64,000 bases of DNA, from the NCBI GenBank assembly GCA_010405405.1, contig MU004237.1, positions 658,191 to 722,190 on the forward strand. Reading direction: 5' to 3'. A program made the translations under genes and the position numbers. Of this stretch, positions 12,229 through 23,663 are shown piece by piece. Origin of the DNA: Microthyrium microscopicum. Lineage: Eukaryota. The stretch's first letter is position 1. Every line of letters begins with the position of its first letter. Under the pieces are notes generated by a model that did not search any database, was not told the origin of the DNA, and was given only the letters and a program-made list of their open reading frames with translations.

Positions 12229-15200
12229 GGTTATCTCTAAATATCCACAGCCCTTTTGTTAAATATCCATAGGCCCTTTTACTAAATATCCACAGCGCTA
12301 ACAGATCTAGATATACTAACCTAAATAGGAAATAAATATAAATTATTAAGTATTGTTTTATAGGTTAAACTAAAAATTAGTATAAAATATTAAAGTTTTT
12401 ACTATAAATAAAGCCTATGGGACTAGTTTAGTAGATTAACTCCTATAATAGTAATTTTATACCTAAAATACGCTTCTAAAGAGATCTATTTCTTTTATAT
12501 CCTATTACTATTTTTATATTCTCCTATATCTATTTCGTATCCTATCTTAAAGCTATTTTTAGTAGTATTAGTAGTTATTATATAGAGCATCCTAGTAGTC
12601 TAAAGGGAGGTTATTTAATAGGTCTTTCTTACTTCTTTAGAGATACTAGTATTATAGTATCTTCTTATTCTTTACGTAGTCTTCCTTACTTCTATATAGA
12701 AGAAACTAGTATAGTAGTAGTTAAAGTTATAATAGTACTATCTTATAAAGTTATCTTAGTAGTAGTAGTAGATATTAGCAAAGGAATTAAAGCTAAAGCT
12801 AATCTAAAAGTAGCTAACTATTACTCTAATCTTATAATCTAAGCTTATAGTTTAGCGTTCTTATTATCTACAATTTTAGTAGTTAGCTTTATAGATCATT
12901 AAGAGCAAGCTAGCGTTAAAGCTAAAGTTAAAGCTATAGTAGTAGTTATATGCTACAGATTAGCTATAAAATTAGCTATAAGACTAATAAGATCTATAAT
13001 ATTTGCCTCTATAGCTACAATATTAACTTAACGTTACTTAGTAAGTAATTCTTCTTCTAGAATTAACTAATTATCCTATTTACTATTAGCTACTTTAGCT
13101 ATAGCTATAGTATCTACTACTATAGTAGTTCTTCTAATAGAAAGTTTATATAAAGATAGAATTTAACCTATTAAAGCTTATAGACGTTAATTCTATAATA
13201 CTAAAGAACGTCTACTAATAGATACTTATATTAGTAGTAGAATTTATAGAGAAGAAGTAAGAGCTTATTCTTTAGGTCTAATAATATATAGTAGTAGAGG
13301 AATATTACTAACTCTAGACTTAATTTAATTATAATACTAGTACGTATTAATATTAGTCTTTTAAAGCTACTATTTATCGTTATAGAAGAGATATTCTTTA
13401 ATTATATAGCTATAAAGTAATTCGTAGATAGAATTAAAGTATTTAGTATATTCTATTAGTAGTTCTTTACTTATAACCTCTCTCTTCTATTTATAATATT
13501 ACTTTATAACCTCTTTTAAAGCGTAAGTACTAATATAATAGTAGAATAAGAAGGAAAGAATAGAAAAGTTCTTTTACTTTAAAAGTGCTAGATTCTTATT
13601 AGAATCCTTACTAACTTTAAGAATTAGATACTTAATTTACTCCTTAATAGCTTTAAGGATAGTATTAACTATATAAAGCATATTTCCTATAGAATAGATT
13701 TATAACTTTAAAACATAATAAAAACCCTCTAATAGTAATATTATAGTATACTTATAATGCTTAAATTTAAATAAGAATATAAGGCATAATTAATCTTTAA
13801 ATAGCATCTAGGTATTATCTAAATATTTAATAAATCTACAACTCTAAAGATTATTAAATTACTATTTTAAGGCGTTCTACGCTTTATCTAGTTAAGTCTC
13901 TATTAGGACGTCTATAACTTACAAATTTATTAATAAAACAACTATTTAAAAGAGGAAGATTTAGCTTATCTTTAGCTATATATTAAATACCTTATCTTAT
14001 TTTTAAACTATAGTAGATTTAGCTATATAATTAAAAGCATTAGTAGCATTAAAGATATTATAAATATAGTCTCTAACGTTCTCCTTATAATAGTATTAAT
14101 AGATTATTTAACAAAAAGGAATATAATCTTAAAGGGCGTTTTTTAACGCTTTATAAGAATTAGTAAGAATAATATTTAGAAGCTTTATTATAGAACTAAG
14201 GCCTTAAACGACCTAATTAAAAGCTTTAAGAGCCTACTAATATTCCTCTTCTAATTCCCTTATTATAAAATAGAAGCTAACTAAGAAGTACTTATAAATA
14301 GCTATTCTTATACTAATATAGAGTAGTAGTATTTTATACTAATTAGTCTTATATATTAAATTAAAGAGTAAAATATTAAGATAAACGTAATAGAGAGTAA
14401 TTTATACCTTTATAGTAATAAATAGGCTTCTTAAATATAAATTATCTAGGCATATTTTAAAGATAAATTCTTTATATTATTCTAATTTATTAAGAAGTAT
14501 TTCTAAAGGGGTATAGCCTACTAATTAATCTAATTTTATAATCTAGTAAGCATTATAAATATCTAACATTTTTAGTTTTATTCCTAGAAATTTATTATAA
14601 AGTTTAGTAAGAATTTCTTATAGATTAGTATAAGATTTATATTCCTCTTTAATCTCTATATAAATATTAAAAAGTAGTATATCTTAGCATTAAATTAAAA
14701 GAATAGAAGTAGGAACTAAGAGAGAGTATAAATAAGAATTACTATTAATAATAATCTTCTATAATAGCTCTCTTAGTAGAGTAGGATTATTAGTAAAACG
14801 CATATCTTAAAGATATAGTTTAAAATAATAACTATCTTTTCGTAATTTAGCCTAATAGATACTAATTAATTTAGAAATATATATACTATATTTTAAGTAT
14901 TTTAGGTAAATATTTTAATAGTTAGCATTAGTACCTTCTAAGGGTAACTTTCTAGAGATTTAAAGTCTATAACTATATTCTTTCCTATATTTTTTATATA
15001 CGTTAATAGCATCTTACTAGGTCTTATATAAAATATCTATTAGTAAGTTATTAATAGGATCGTAGTTATTTATAGTAGTAGTAGTTAAAAATTAGTATAG
15101 TAGTAGTTAAAAACTTAGAAGAAATTCAAGATATTATAGTAAAGAGGTAAAGTTAGATAATTTACGCTAGTAAGTTATTTTAGTAAAATAATAACTATTT

Positions 15201-15347
15201 TGGGTTAAGATTTAGGGCTATGGCCCTAAGACTAGCTATGTTAGGTTAGTAGTAGGGTATTATATCTAGATCTGTTAGCGCTGTGGATATTTAGTAAAAG
15301 GGCCTATGGATATTTAACAAAAGGGCTGTGGATATTTAGAGATAACC
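12229..15347. mobile_element. Mutator-like (MULE) DNA transposon, inactivated by RIP, 3119 bp
   Basis: Identical 87-bp TIRs (12229-12315, 15261-15347) and a 9-bp target-site duplication ATTCAGAAA (12220-12228, 15348-15356). The interior is extremely AT-rich with TpA excess, CpA/TpG depletion and no ORF of 60 aa or more. A 9-bp TSD with long TIRs is characteristic of MULEs such as Fusarium Hop. Confidence 0.9.
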
Positions 15348-15633
15348 ATTCAGAAACATCTCCAAGCACTAACATCATTAATTCATCTTTCAGATTCGCA
15401 TGCTGATACATAGTCTCATTGCAATATGTTTACAGTCAAGGGTATCATGAATGTTGAAGCCACACAGTGTCCACATAAAGGCTATTGTCATCCTGGCCGG
15501 GGTGCGAGTGAATACATCCTTGCGCAGCAAAGCTGTGGTTCTTCATCTTCATGCTATTGTACACGCTCATGTGGGTAATCTCTTTAGGCATTTCCATCGC
15601 AGCCCTCGAAACACCCTGACAGCCTTCCATAAT

Positions 15634-16533
15634 CTACCATGATGCAGCAGACCAGTGTTGGGGCCCCGGATACGGTATAGACGAGGAGGTAGAATAGTTA
15701 CCCTGGTTATGAGTTTCATCCATTGCGGCATATCGTCGATGAAGTGCTGCCTCAAGATTCATAAGTCGCCGTTGAAGCTCATTCGCACGGACAGAGTAGC
15801 CTGTTCGCCTATAATGAGCCATCATGCGTTCGCACTGCAACGCCACTGCATGCTCCTGGCGCTGGGCTTGTAGCGTGGCTAGCGGCATGTTGTCCAGTTG
15901 TAGGCCTTCAAAAAGCTGTTGGCGCTGCCTCTCTTCCTCCATGGCAATATTTTGATGACGCTGAAGACGCTCTGCCTCAATGGCAGCCGCCCGCTGACGC
16001 TCTTCCTCGGGAGACGGAGCTGATGACCGGTGGTTCTCCTTCTGTTTGGCGGCTGCTCGTCGTCTCTCCATCTTCTTGTCATGTCGCATTTGTTTGGCTT
16101 GAGCAGCGGCTTTCATTCCCTGTGCTCTCCTGCGGGCTTTCTTTTGCTTCTTTGACTGTCCTCGTTGGGTTTGAGCCGTCGCTTGCTGACTTGTCGTCTT
16201 TTGCCAGCTCGTGGGTTCCGTCATGTTTTCTTTGACTTTCGCATGCTTGCTGTCGTATTCCGAGCGTGTTGAATCTTCTTTCAGGACATTAAAAGCTTCT
16301 CTAATCTAAAATAAAATCCCGTCAGCGGACTAACAGTCGAGTGTTGTCAACTGTTCTCAGCCAGTGTTGCTGCTCACCTTTCGAAATGCGTCACCAGAGG
16401 CGTCGGGCCCATTTTTGTCTGGGTGGTGTATCTTTGCCAGGCGATGAAAAGCCCTCTTGATTTCTGTTTTCGTCGCGCTCTTCTGGAGCTCGAGATCTTG
16501 ATAGTAGTCTCTGGTTGATGGTTCTGGATGCAT
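15634..16533 (-). CDS. J-domain protein paralogue 3
   Basis: Exon 1 (16533-16378, missed by the ORF track) [52 protein letters not shown]; intron 16377-16306; exon 2 IREAFNVLKEDSTRSEYD continues in frame into ORF 15634-16224. Confidence 0.85.
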
Positions 16534-17068
16534 TATGTAGCAAGACTCTGGGGTAAAGGATGGGGGAACTGGTGGTTTTGAATGAGTGTATGATATGTAA
16601 CGGGGTATTTTGGAGAGTTTTGAGGTGCAATATCCAAGTGGGAGGATGGAAAGCCTTGGAGCCTTCCGGTCTGAAATTTGGGTTCAAGTCGCTTCCTAGC
16701 TGTGGGTCGCTACCTGCTCAATTGAGTAGTCGTCGGTGGCAAAGGTTCAACGGCGGTTGCTAAGTCAAGTAAGCGTATGTACCAAATATGGAAGCCATGT
16801 TGAAGTTTCAATTGTTAACACCGAGCACCTGACGAACTCGCGAGAGTTAATGTTGGATCATGTCATTTTCTCAGTGTATGAAAATATACAGCATAAACAC
16901 TAAAGGAGCAATCTCCGTTTCCGTTCGCAAAACATTTTAGCAAACCCAACTAATCCCCAGATATCGTCTTTCAATATGGTTCTCTCTATTGTTACACATA
17001 CATTTCTCCAGTTATCCAAAAAAGTGCTAAAGAAATCAAGCATTTGAGCTTGCTGATGTTGAGCAAGT

Positions 17069-19254
17069 CTACAGTTTGGCTGCTGGCTTGTCCAATGACG
17101 GGAGCAGAATGTCCCTCATATCGCCAGCGGCCTCGTTCAGGTAGAATGACATGCGCTCAGCACCAAGGCCCTTGCAGACGACGTTGAATTGGATGCTGTG
17201 CTCATTGATCATATAAGCGAGACTATCATGATGTTAGCTATCATATTCTTTGCAGTTACACAAGAGTGCTGCTTACCCAAAGCCATCGTCAATGACTTGG
17301 CTGTAGCCCCAACCATTCAAATACTCGCTACTTAGCTGAGATGTGGAAAGATGCCACGAACCACTATAACTGAAAGCTGGATCTTCAAAAACGGCTGGCA
17401 CCTTCTCGCCCTCCTTCAGGCACTTCTTCAAACCGAACAAGTGTCTGTCTACACCACGCCCATCACTGGCATCGCCCACATACTTGACATGAGCGTCTAG
17501 GGCCTTGCGAAGCAAAGTAACACATTGCTTGGCGTCAACATTGGGGTTCGCCATTGCCTCACAGAATGCAACGCTCTCGTCGGAAACGGTACGAGCTGCC
17601 TCCGTGCGGCCCATTTGGAAGCGACGAGTGGCGATGGATTCGTAGGTCGGGCGGCTCTTGTTGAACATCTTGTGGTAAGCAAGCTGCATAATCATCTGTA
17701 CATAGGCGTCTGGCGAGGCCTTGAACTTCTTGATCAGTCCCTTTCCGTAGCCCTGGTATGCCTGCACTCGAAGCTCATGAGCAGCAAACTGACCATCGAA
17801 GTGTTGTCGAGCGGCGTCGAGGTCGGCTTGCACTTCCTTGTTTACAGTGAATCGGATTGGTTGGGGTTCTGGGAGATTGCTTCTGACGTTCGTTGCGTCA
17901 AAGTCGAGAGCGTTGGTGGAGAGCTGCATGAGAATGGTGTCGTTGAGGCGGTTGGTAGGCGTGCCATCCATCATGCTATGCTCGCCCAAGAAGCCCGCGG
18001 TGCCGTTGTCGTTGATGATGAATTGAAGAGGTTTGTCGAACCAGCGGTTGCTGCCGTCACCGTGCCAGTACTGGTGTGCCCGCTCCTCTAGGGTAATGGG
18101 AGAGGCGTCATCAAGGCAGATGACGAAGGAAGCTGATTCAATCATCTCCAAAGATGCAAGATTAGTGCTGGAGGCGGCAATGAGACGCTCACGATCCTAC
18201 AAAAAAGGTTAGTGTTCGATTCGGCCCTGTGATGGGGGAAGAAACACGTACATCAGCCCACTTGTCTCGGTTTTCACTGGTCAGAACGCCAATAGGAGCA
18301 CTTCGCTCAGCTTTCTTGTACACTCTGCGGAGTTGAGCTTCAAGCTCAGCGGTATTTAGCTGCTTGCCATCTACCTCGTGCAAGACTTTGAAGAACTGGT
18401 TCTTGCGTATGACCACGATATGAGCATTTTTCTTATAGTCGTACTTCTTGCCCCCGTCAACCGGCTTTGTGGGAATGCGGGAGTAGTTGAACATGTACTG
18501 GTAGCTGCTCATGGCGATGGGTAGTTTCCGCATATACTCAGGCTCGAGAGTGCCCTCATCCACCTGTTTCTTAAAAGCAAGCACAGCCGTGGAAATAGCA
18601 GCGGCACGCTTGGCCGGATCACGGCGTTTTCGATCATCACGATACGAGTAGAAGTAGCTAACGTATGGGATAACTGGATCACGATAGCCCAGATACGCCG
18701 CGTCATTCCACCAATCGATGATCCAGTTCTTTGTGTTTTCGCGTTTCGCTAACAGACGACTCTGGAGTGCTTCACCCTGTCCTCCTGGTTGTAAGAATTC
18801 CTGTACAGCTTTGGTGCTCTGCTCAAACTCGGACTCGCTGAGAAGAGGATGTAAGGACTTGAGATATCGCTTCGCCGTTTCTTCTAACGATGGTACTGGT
18901 AGTCGTGGGAGAGACTCTTCGAAGCGGAGCATGGGGCCTTTGGAGGCATCCTCCTTGTATCCTGAGCTTGCATGTTAGCTGCTGTTATCCAAAGTATGAA
19001 GAAGCCATAGGCTCTGCTATGGTATACATTACACACCTGCTGGCAGTTTTGACGCAGCGCGGGGAGCCATTGTGGGAGTCTGCTCGAGGTATGTCAGTCT
19101 TGTGCCTGAAGGAAGCACCTGCGAATCATGAGGCTCGACGTACCTGTGCCGCTGTATTTGAAGCTGCTACACTTGGATGAAAAGCACGTTGAAGTTTAAC
19201 ATGTATAGTTGGCCTGCTAACAGCTCTGGCCAGGTAATTGAATGTCGGTCGCAT
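17069..19254 (-). CDS. CAT2: Carnitine O-acetyltransferase (mitochondrial/peroxisomal)
   Basis: LPRLPVPSLEET, NRWFDKPLQF, GEHSMMDG, TYES..TRRF..GRTE and STSQL motifs. C-terminus -AKL (PTS1). Upstream exon from ATG 19254 encodes a basic presequence; second in-frame ATG at 19070. Confidence 0.93.
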
Positions 19255-19336
19255 TTATCTGGCCCAGAGGTTGACCAGACCCACGCGCGTTGATCAATTT
19301 ACATTTGAACTCGGGTTCTCTGAAGCGCGGTATCTA

Positions 19337-19455
19337 CCGAGGCACGCCCGCATGCAAAATTTCTCCAAATTCCCTGGCTCCGGCTACCTTTAAGTAAGTC
19401 GTTGGAAGGCGTTGACTTCTAATCTCGACCTTCGGCATATCTCTCCGAACCGAGG
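19337..19455. promoter_or_regulatory. Two CCGAGG (CCTCGG) FarA/FarB-type core sites upstream of CAT2
   Basis: CCGAGG at 19337-19342 and 19450-19455, within about 200 bp of the start codon; this is the known core for fatty-acid-responsive FarA/FarB factors. Confidence 0.5.
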
Positions 19456-19826
19456 TCCAATCCAATCTGGGTTAGACTACTGCTCCACTTTAATCTCCAC
19501 GTGGCTGAAGGATCGCAAAGCCACATGGACTTGCTTCCCGTTCTTCAATGTAAACCCAACAACCTCCCTCTCTTTACTCTAGCACACCTCAGCTCCTGTC
19601 AATCATCTTTCGGAGGATCCCAATAATGGGCGACCGATGATTGATTGCAGCTGAAGGCAACCAGGCTGCTGTCGAAGAACACCGAGCACAGCAATTCTCA
19701 CGCTACGGCTATGGCTACCACTACAACTTCTTTTCTGATTTCTGCTGTGCTTGAACCGGTTGAAAATGTGATATTTTCCCGCAAGGGTTCTTGCAGACAT
19801 GAAAAAGATTATTGGAAGACGCGTCA

Positions 19827-21050
19827 CTAGATATTCCAAATACCATGGCTGGCAGGTGAGCTGATATTCACTTCATCGTTTGCCAAGTCTGGGAAACTGT
19901 TTCACACAAGTAAGATATGGAACAATGGAATAACGAAAACACACTTACACTTCAAACATTCGAGGACCGACCGACCAATTCTTCAGATCCCTGATGTGGC
20001 GTTCAAAGGTTGGATTCAAGACAAGTTCCGCCTCCGGTCCATTGTCATGACTGAGCATATCCGAGAGTGGAAACGGCCAATTGACGCAAAGAGATGCATT
20101 ACTAACTTCAGTCATGATCGCAATCTCGCCGTGATATTTTGGTTCGCGAGACATGCGATCGCGAGCCTTTGGCCAGATAAAAAGATCAATCCAAACTGGG
20201 TGAGGACAACTAAGCTGAGATGGCGTTGGACGCAACCACTCTGGCATGCTGTAGTAATTGGCTGGTGTTGGAGAAACGAGCCAACGGATTACGGATCCCA
20301 TGAAGAAAAGAATTGCGATCTGTTCCGGTAATGTCGGGACAGTCATGACCTGAATGATGTTGTTTACAATACTGCTTGTGACAGGACTTTTCTGTGTTTC
20401 CATCTCATCCTTTGGGTTAAGAAGGCTCTGGACGCTCGGGAATGGACGATTGCTGAACTCTAGATCGTTTCCGCGAAATATCTCGTATGTCCGCCTAGTC
20501 TGAATGATTTCTGTCACTACTCGATCTAGCGCACATGTAGGAGTGATGTGCCTGGGGAGTATCGACCAGATTTCGCTAGAGATGGAAAGCCCGGGATTGA
20601 CAACAACCTCACAGTACGAAGGAATTCGAAGGTCTTGAGTAGAGTCGTGCGCTGTTCCCTGCACAACTGTCATCGAGGTTGTAGCGTCTATCAAGAAATA
20701 AGGACATAGACCAGGGAAAGTTAGGGCGACATCTACGAACCTAGATGATTTTGGCTTGGTACTAGGACAGTGCTATTGCTCAAGTCCTCATGGTCCCAGC
20801 TCGCATCATCAATACAGAGGTGTGACAGAGAAGGCGTTTGTAATGCAGCTTGACATTTACAATCTGTCAGTTTGCGCTTGAGATCTTCATTTTCCTGCTC
20901 TAACTGTAATACCTTTGACTCTAGGTTCTGGAGTTGAGCTTTTGTGCGTTCTCGCGCTACTCTTTGAGCGTTTCTATCGAATTCTCGTTTCCGTCGCAAT
21001 TGTTCTGTAGTCAAGAAATCGATCGATCTTAGTTTTGGCGGGTCTGGCAT
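19827..21050 (-). CDS. bZIP transcription factor with C-terminal DUF3425-type domain
   Basis: Basic region RRKREFDRNAQRVARERTK plus heptad leucines; C-terminal PEWLRPTPSQL..PHP.WIDLFIWP..RD and F..HIRDLKNWSVG motifs; last exon ends at TAG 19827-19829. Confidence 0.85.
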
Positions 21051-22270
21051 TTTGGAACTGGTTTGTACAGATTAAGAGGGTCGAATTTGCAGTGAAAGCA
21101 TAGCTCCAGAGGTGTCCATCTCGTCGTAGCTTTTAGCTCGCAGAACATTATCCACCGTATGAGTGCCACTACTGCATACAATCCGGGGGAAAAGGCAATT
21201 CCTGCAACCTGTCACATAGTTGTGGACAAAAAGACCAGATTGGAAAGTTCAGCGTTACGAGTCGTTAGCTGATAACCTTCCGAAATTTGTGTGGAGAGTG
21301 TGCTGAGTTTTGTACATATTTCGCATCACAACTGCTCTGCATAGAAATTGGCCTTCAAGTGAGTCCTAGGCTGTTCTCAATATGCAATCAAGAATGAGGT
21401 GGTTTAACGAATACTAAGCCCAGGTTTTAGCATCTGAGGAACCTCTTGTAGAGCAGTGCAGCCTAAAAGCCTTGGATTCCAGCACAACTGTGGTTGCCGG
21501 ATAAGTATTCCAGCTTTTCCGACGCCATACTAGAATTAAAACCTCGTCACTTTCAGACTGTACTATGAGGTTAGTCCTCGTAAGTACATTGTAATCTCTT
21601 TGAGCCAACGATGTCGGACTCTGATTGAGCACGATTGCTAACGCCGTCGTCGTTCTCTGAGTTTGCGTGATCAAGGTCGACTGAGCATGGCAGATCGAAA
21701 GGACTCCAATGCTCGTTTCAACGCCCGTACTGTGCCCGGTTCTTTTCATTTGACAAGTCCATGCTTATGACTAAGAGGACTCTTCATTCAAGCTTGCCAA
21801 AATTCAATTAGATGTTGTGGCGACCTTTGCCTTGTCAGTGGATGGCTGAAATGTTACACAGCCACAATCCCCTTGTCAAGTTCAAGATGTCCTAACGTTC
21901 AGGGGCAGGCGCAGGCTCGCAGCTGAGGCACTCTTCAACCTCTTAGGTCTATACTGCCTTGTAGGTAGCAAAGCGCACTTGCATGCCACTAGAGTCAAAT
22001 CCCAGATCTCAGGATCAACCTGAATCTATTCTGCTAGTACATAGTGTAGCTCATTGTAAGGTAATGTTTGCTTTCCCTTAGGCGCTTCCCAAGTTCGTAG
22101 CACCAATATTCATTTGGTTGAGATTCTGCACTGCACCAAGCACGAGACACTTTCGATATCACGTTGTCGGTTCAAATTGAACAGCCGTGAAAGAGACCAA
22201 CCAACGCCACTCTAGACCATCACGCACTTTCAAATCGTTTCAACGGGATGTGGTCTTTCAAATATACATC

Positions 22271-22760
22271 ATGGACAAATCTATGTCAGACATGCTTCGC
22301 CGATGGGAAGAACCTATTATACTTCCTGGGGTAGTGGAAAGATAGTAGAGAAATATCCATATGTACAAGAGCGAAGCCTTATTTTGTTAACCTATTCATC
22401 TAACCAAAAACAAAGTTTCCACGAGCATGTTTTATTGCAGATCGTTTCGAGAAGAATGCAGTTGTGTCGGATAAGACCGAAGAGCATCCAATATTTGGTC
22501 CTGTTACCTTTTATGACATAAATGTTGGAGGAGTATATCTTCGCAACGTGTCGTGGGAATACAAAAGTAGCAAGTGTGTTGAAGAAGATATGAAAGACTG
22601 GGTTGGGTTCAGTAAGTTAGTTCTTGGAGTTGCTTCAATGGATGGCTGATACGACCTAGGAATTACTAGCGTCTGGCCGATGGCATCCCCTACAGATCGA
22701 ATTGGAGAAGTTACTGAGCCAGGATTGGGCGTGAATATTGATTACGGAATGCTTGACTGA
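22271..22760 (+). CDS. Small spliced gene, possible divergent DUF427-like protein (exon structure uncertain)
   Basis: Exon ~22441-22611, bounded by TTGCAG and GTAAGT, reads KTEEHPIFGPVTFYDINVGGVYLRNVSWEYKSSKCVEEDMKDWVGF, resembling the DUF427 pattern T.CP.KG.A.YY.I.V.G...NAAW.Y......I...VAF. Confidence 0.35.
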
Positions 22761-23663
22761 TGCTTGTAATGTCTCTTTCTTCTGTTCAAGCTACGGAATG
22801 GTTTGGATGCAACCAAAGCCTCAAACTAGAAAGTCGCCATGATAGGTAGACAATAAACTGCTAAACTCACTAGTTTTCATAATCATTCCAGTTTAGCGAA
22901 AAGACTATACTGTGTAAAGACTTCAATGCAAGGGACCTCACTGAACACTACAATCATTACAGTTGCTCAGATAACATTGTGAGCAAACTTTTGAAGTCAT
23001 AACTGATCAGCAGCTTGGTTTGGTTGTCGACAAAAGTTTTCAAACGGCATTCAGCTCATATAGTTCTCAAGATGATGTCTAGATTAGAAGTTTTTCGAAG
23101 GATATATTGTAGTGTCTGACAAAGCTCAAATTAATCCACTTTTCGGCGGACTTCTTTCTATCGTACTAAATTAGAGGCGCACTTCTCAGAATGTAACAGG
23201 AAACTTCAACAGCCGCACCGGGAGCTTCAAAATCCGACTCAATGGGTTAAAATGGTCATTCTTAACATCAATCATGTTAAGCACACAGATATGATCAAAC
23301 GAAATCTCACTTTGGAAGAAGCTGCGAAAACCTCAGTCAGATCAAAGATGTCGCAGCATTCAAATCTTGATGTTGACTCCGAGTCAGTTCTTTCTGCATT
23401 GAGATACTCTGCCAGTTTTGGCAGTTGAGGTGAAAGGAAGCTAGTTTGCCTCAGCTTCACCTTTTGAAGGAAGGTACCTTCATTGACGATGCCACCACGG
23501 TCACTACTACTGATGTGAAGACGTCATTTGACACGCAGTCCACCATTATTTCAGAAAGCCAAACTCTAAGCCTCTTCCAAGCACATCACAAGCATCAAGA
23601 TTTGAAGGCCTGATTCTTACATTTCCAAATCCTATCAAATCCACCCAAACAACTCAATACAGT

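Noticed and set aside
12316..15260. AT-rich block as centromere, NUMT or horizontally acquired DNA
   Set aside because: It is bounded exactly by TIRs and a TSD, and its dinucleotide bias fits RIP.
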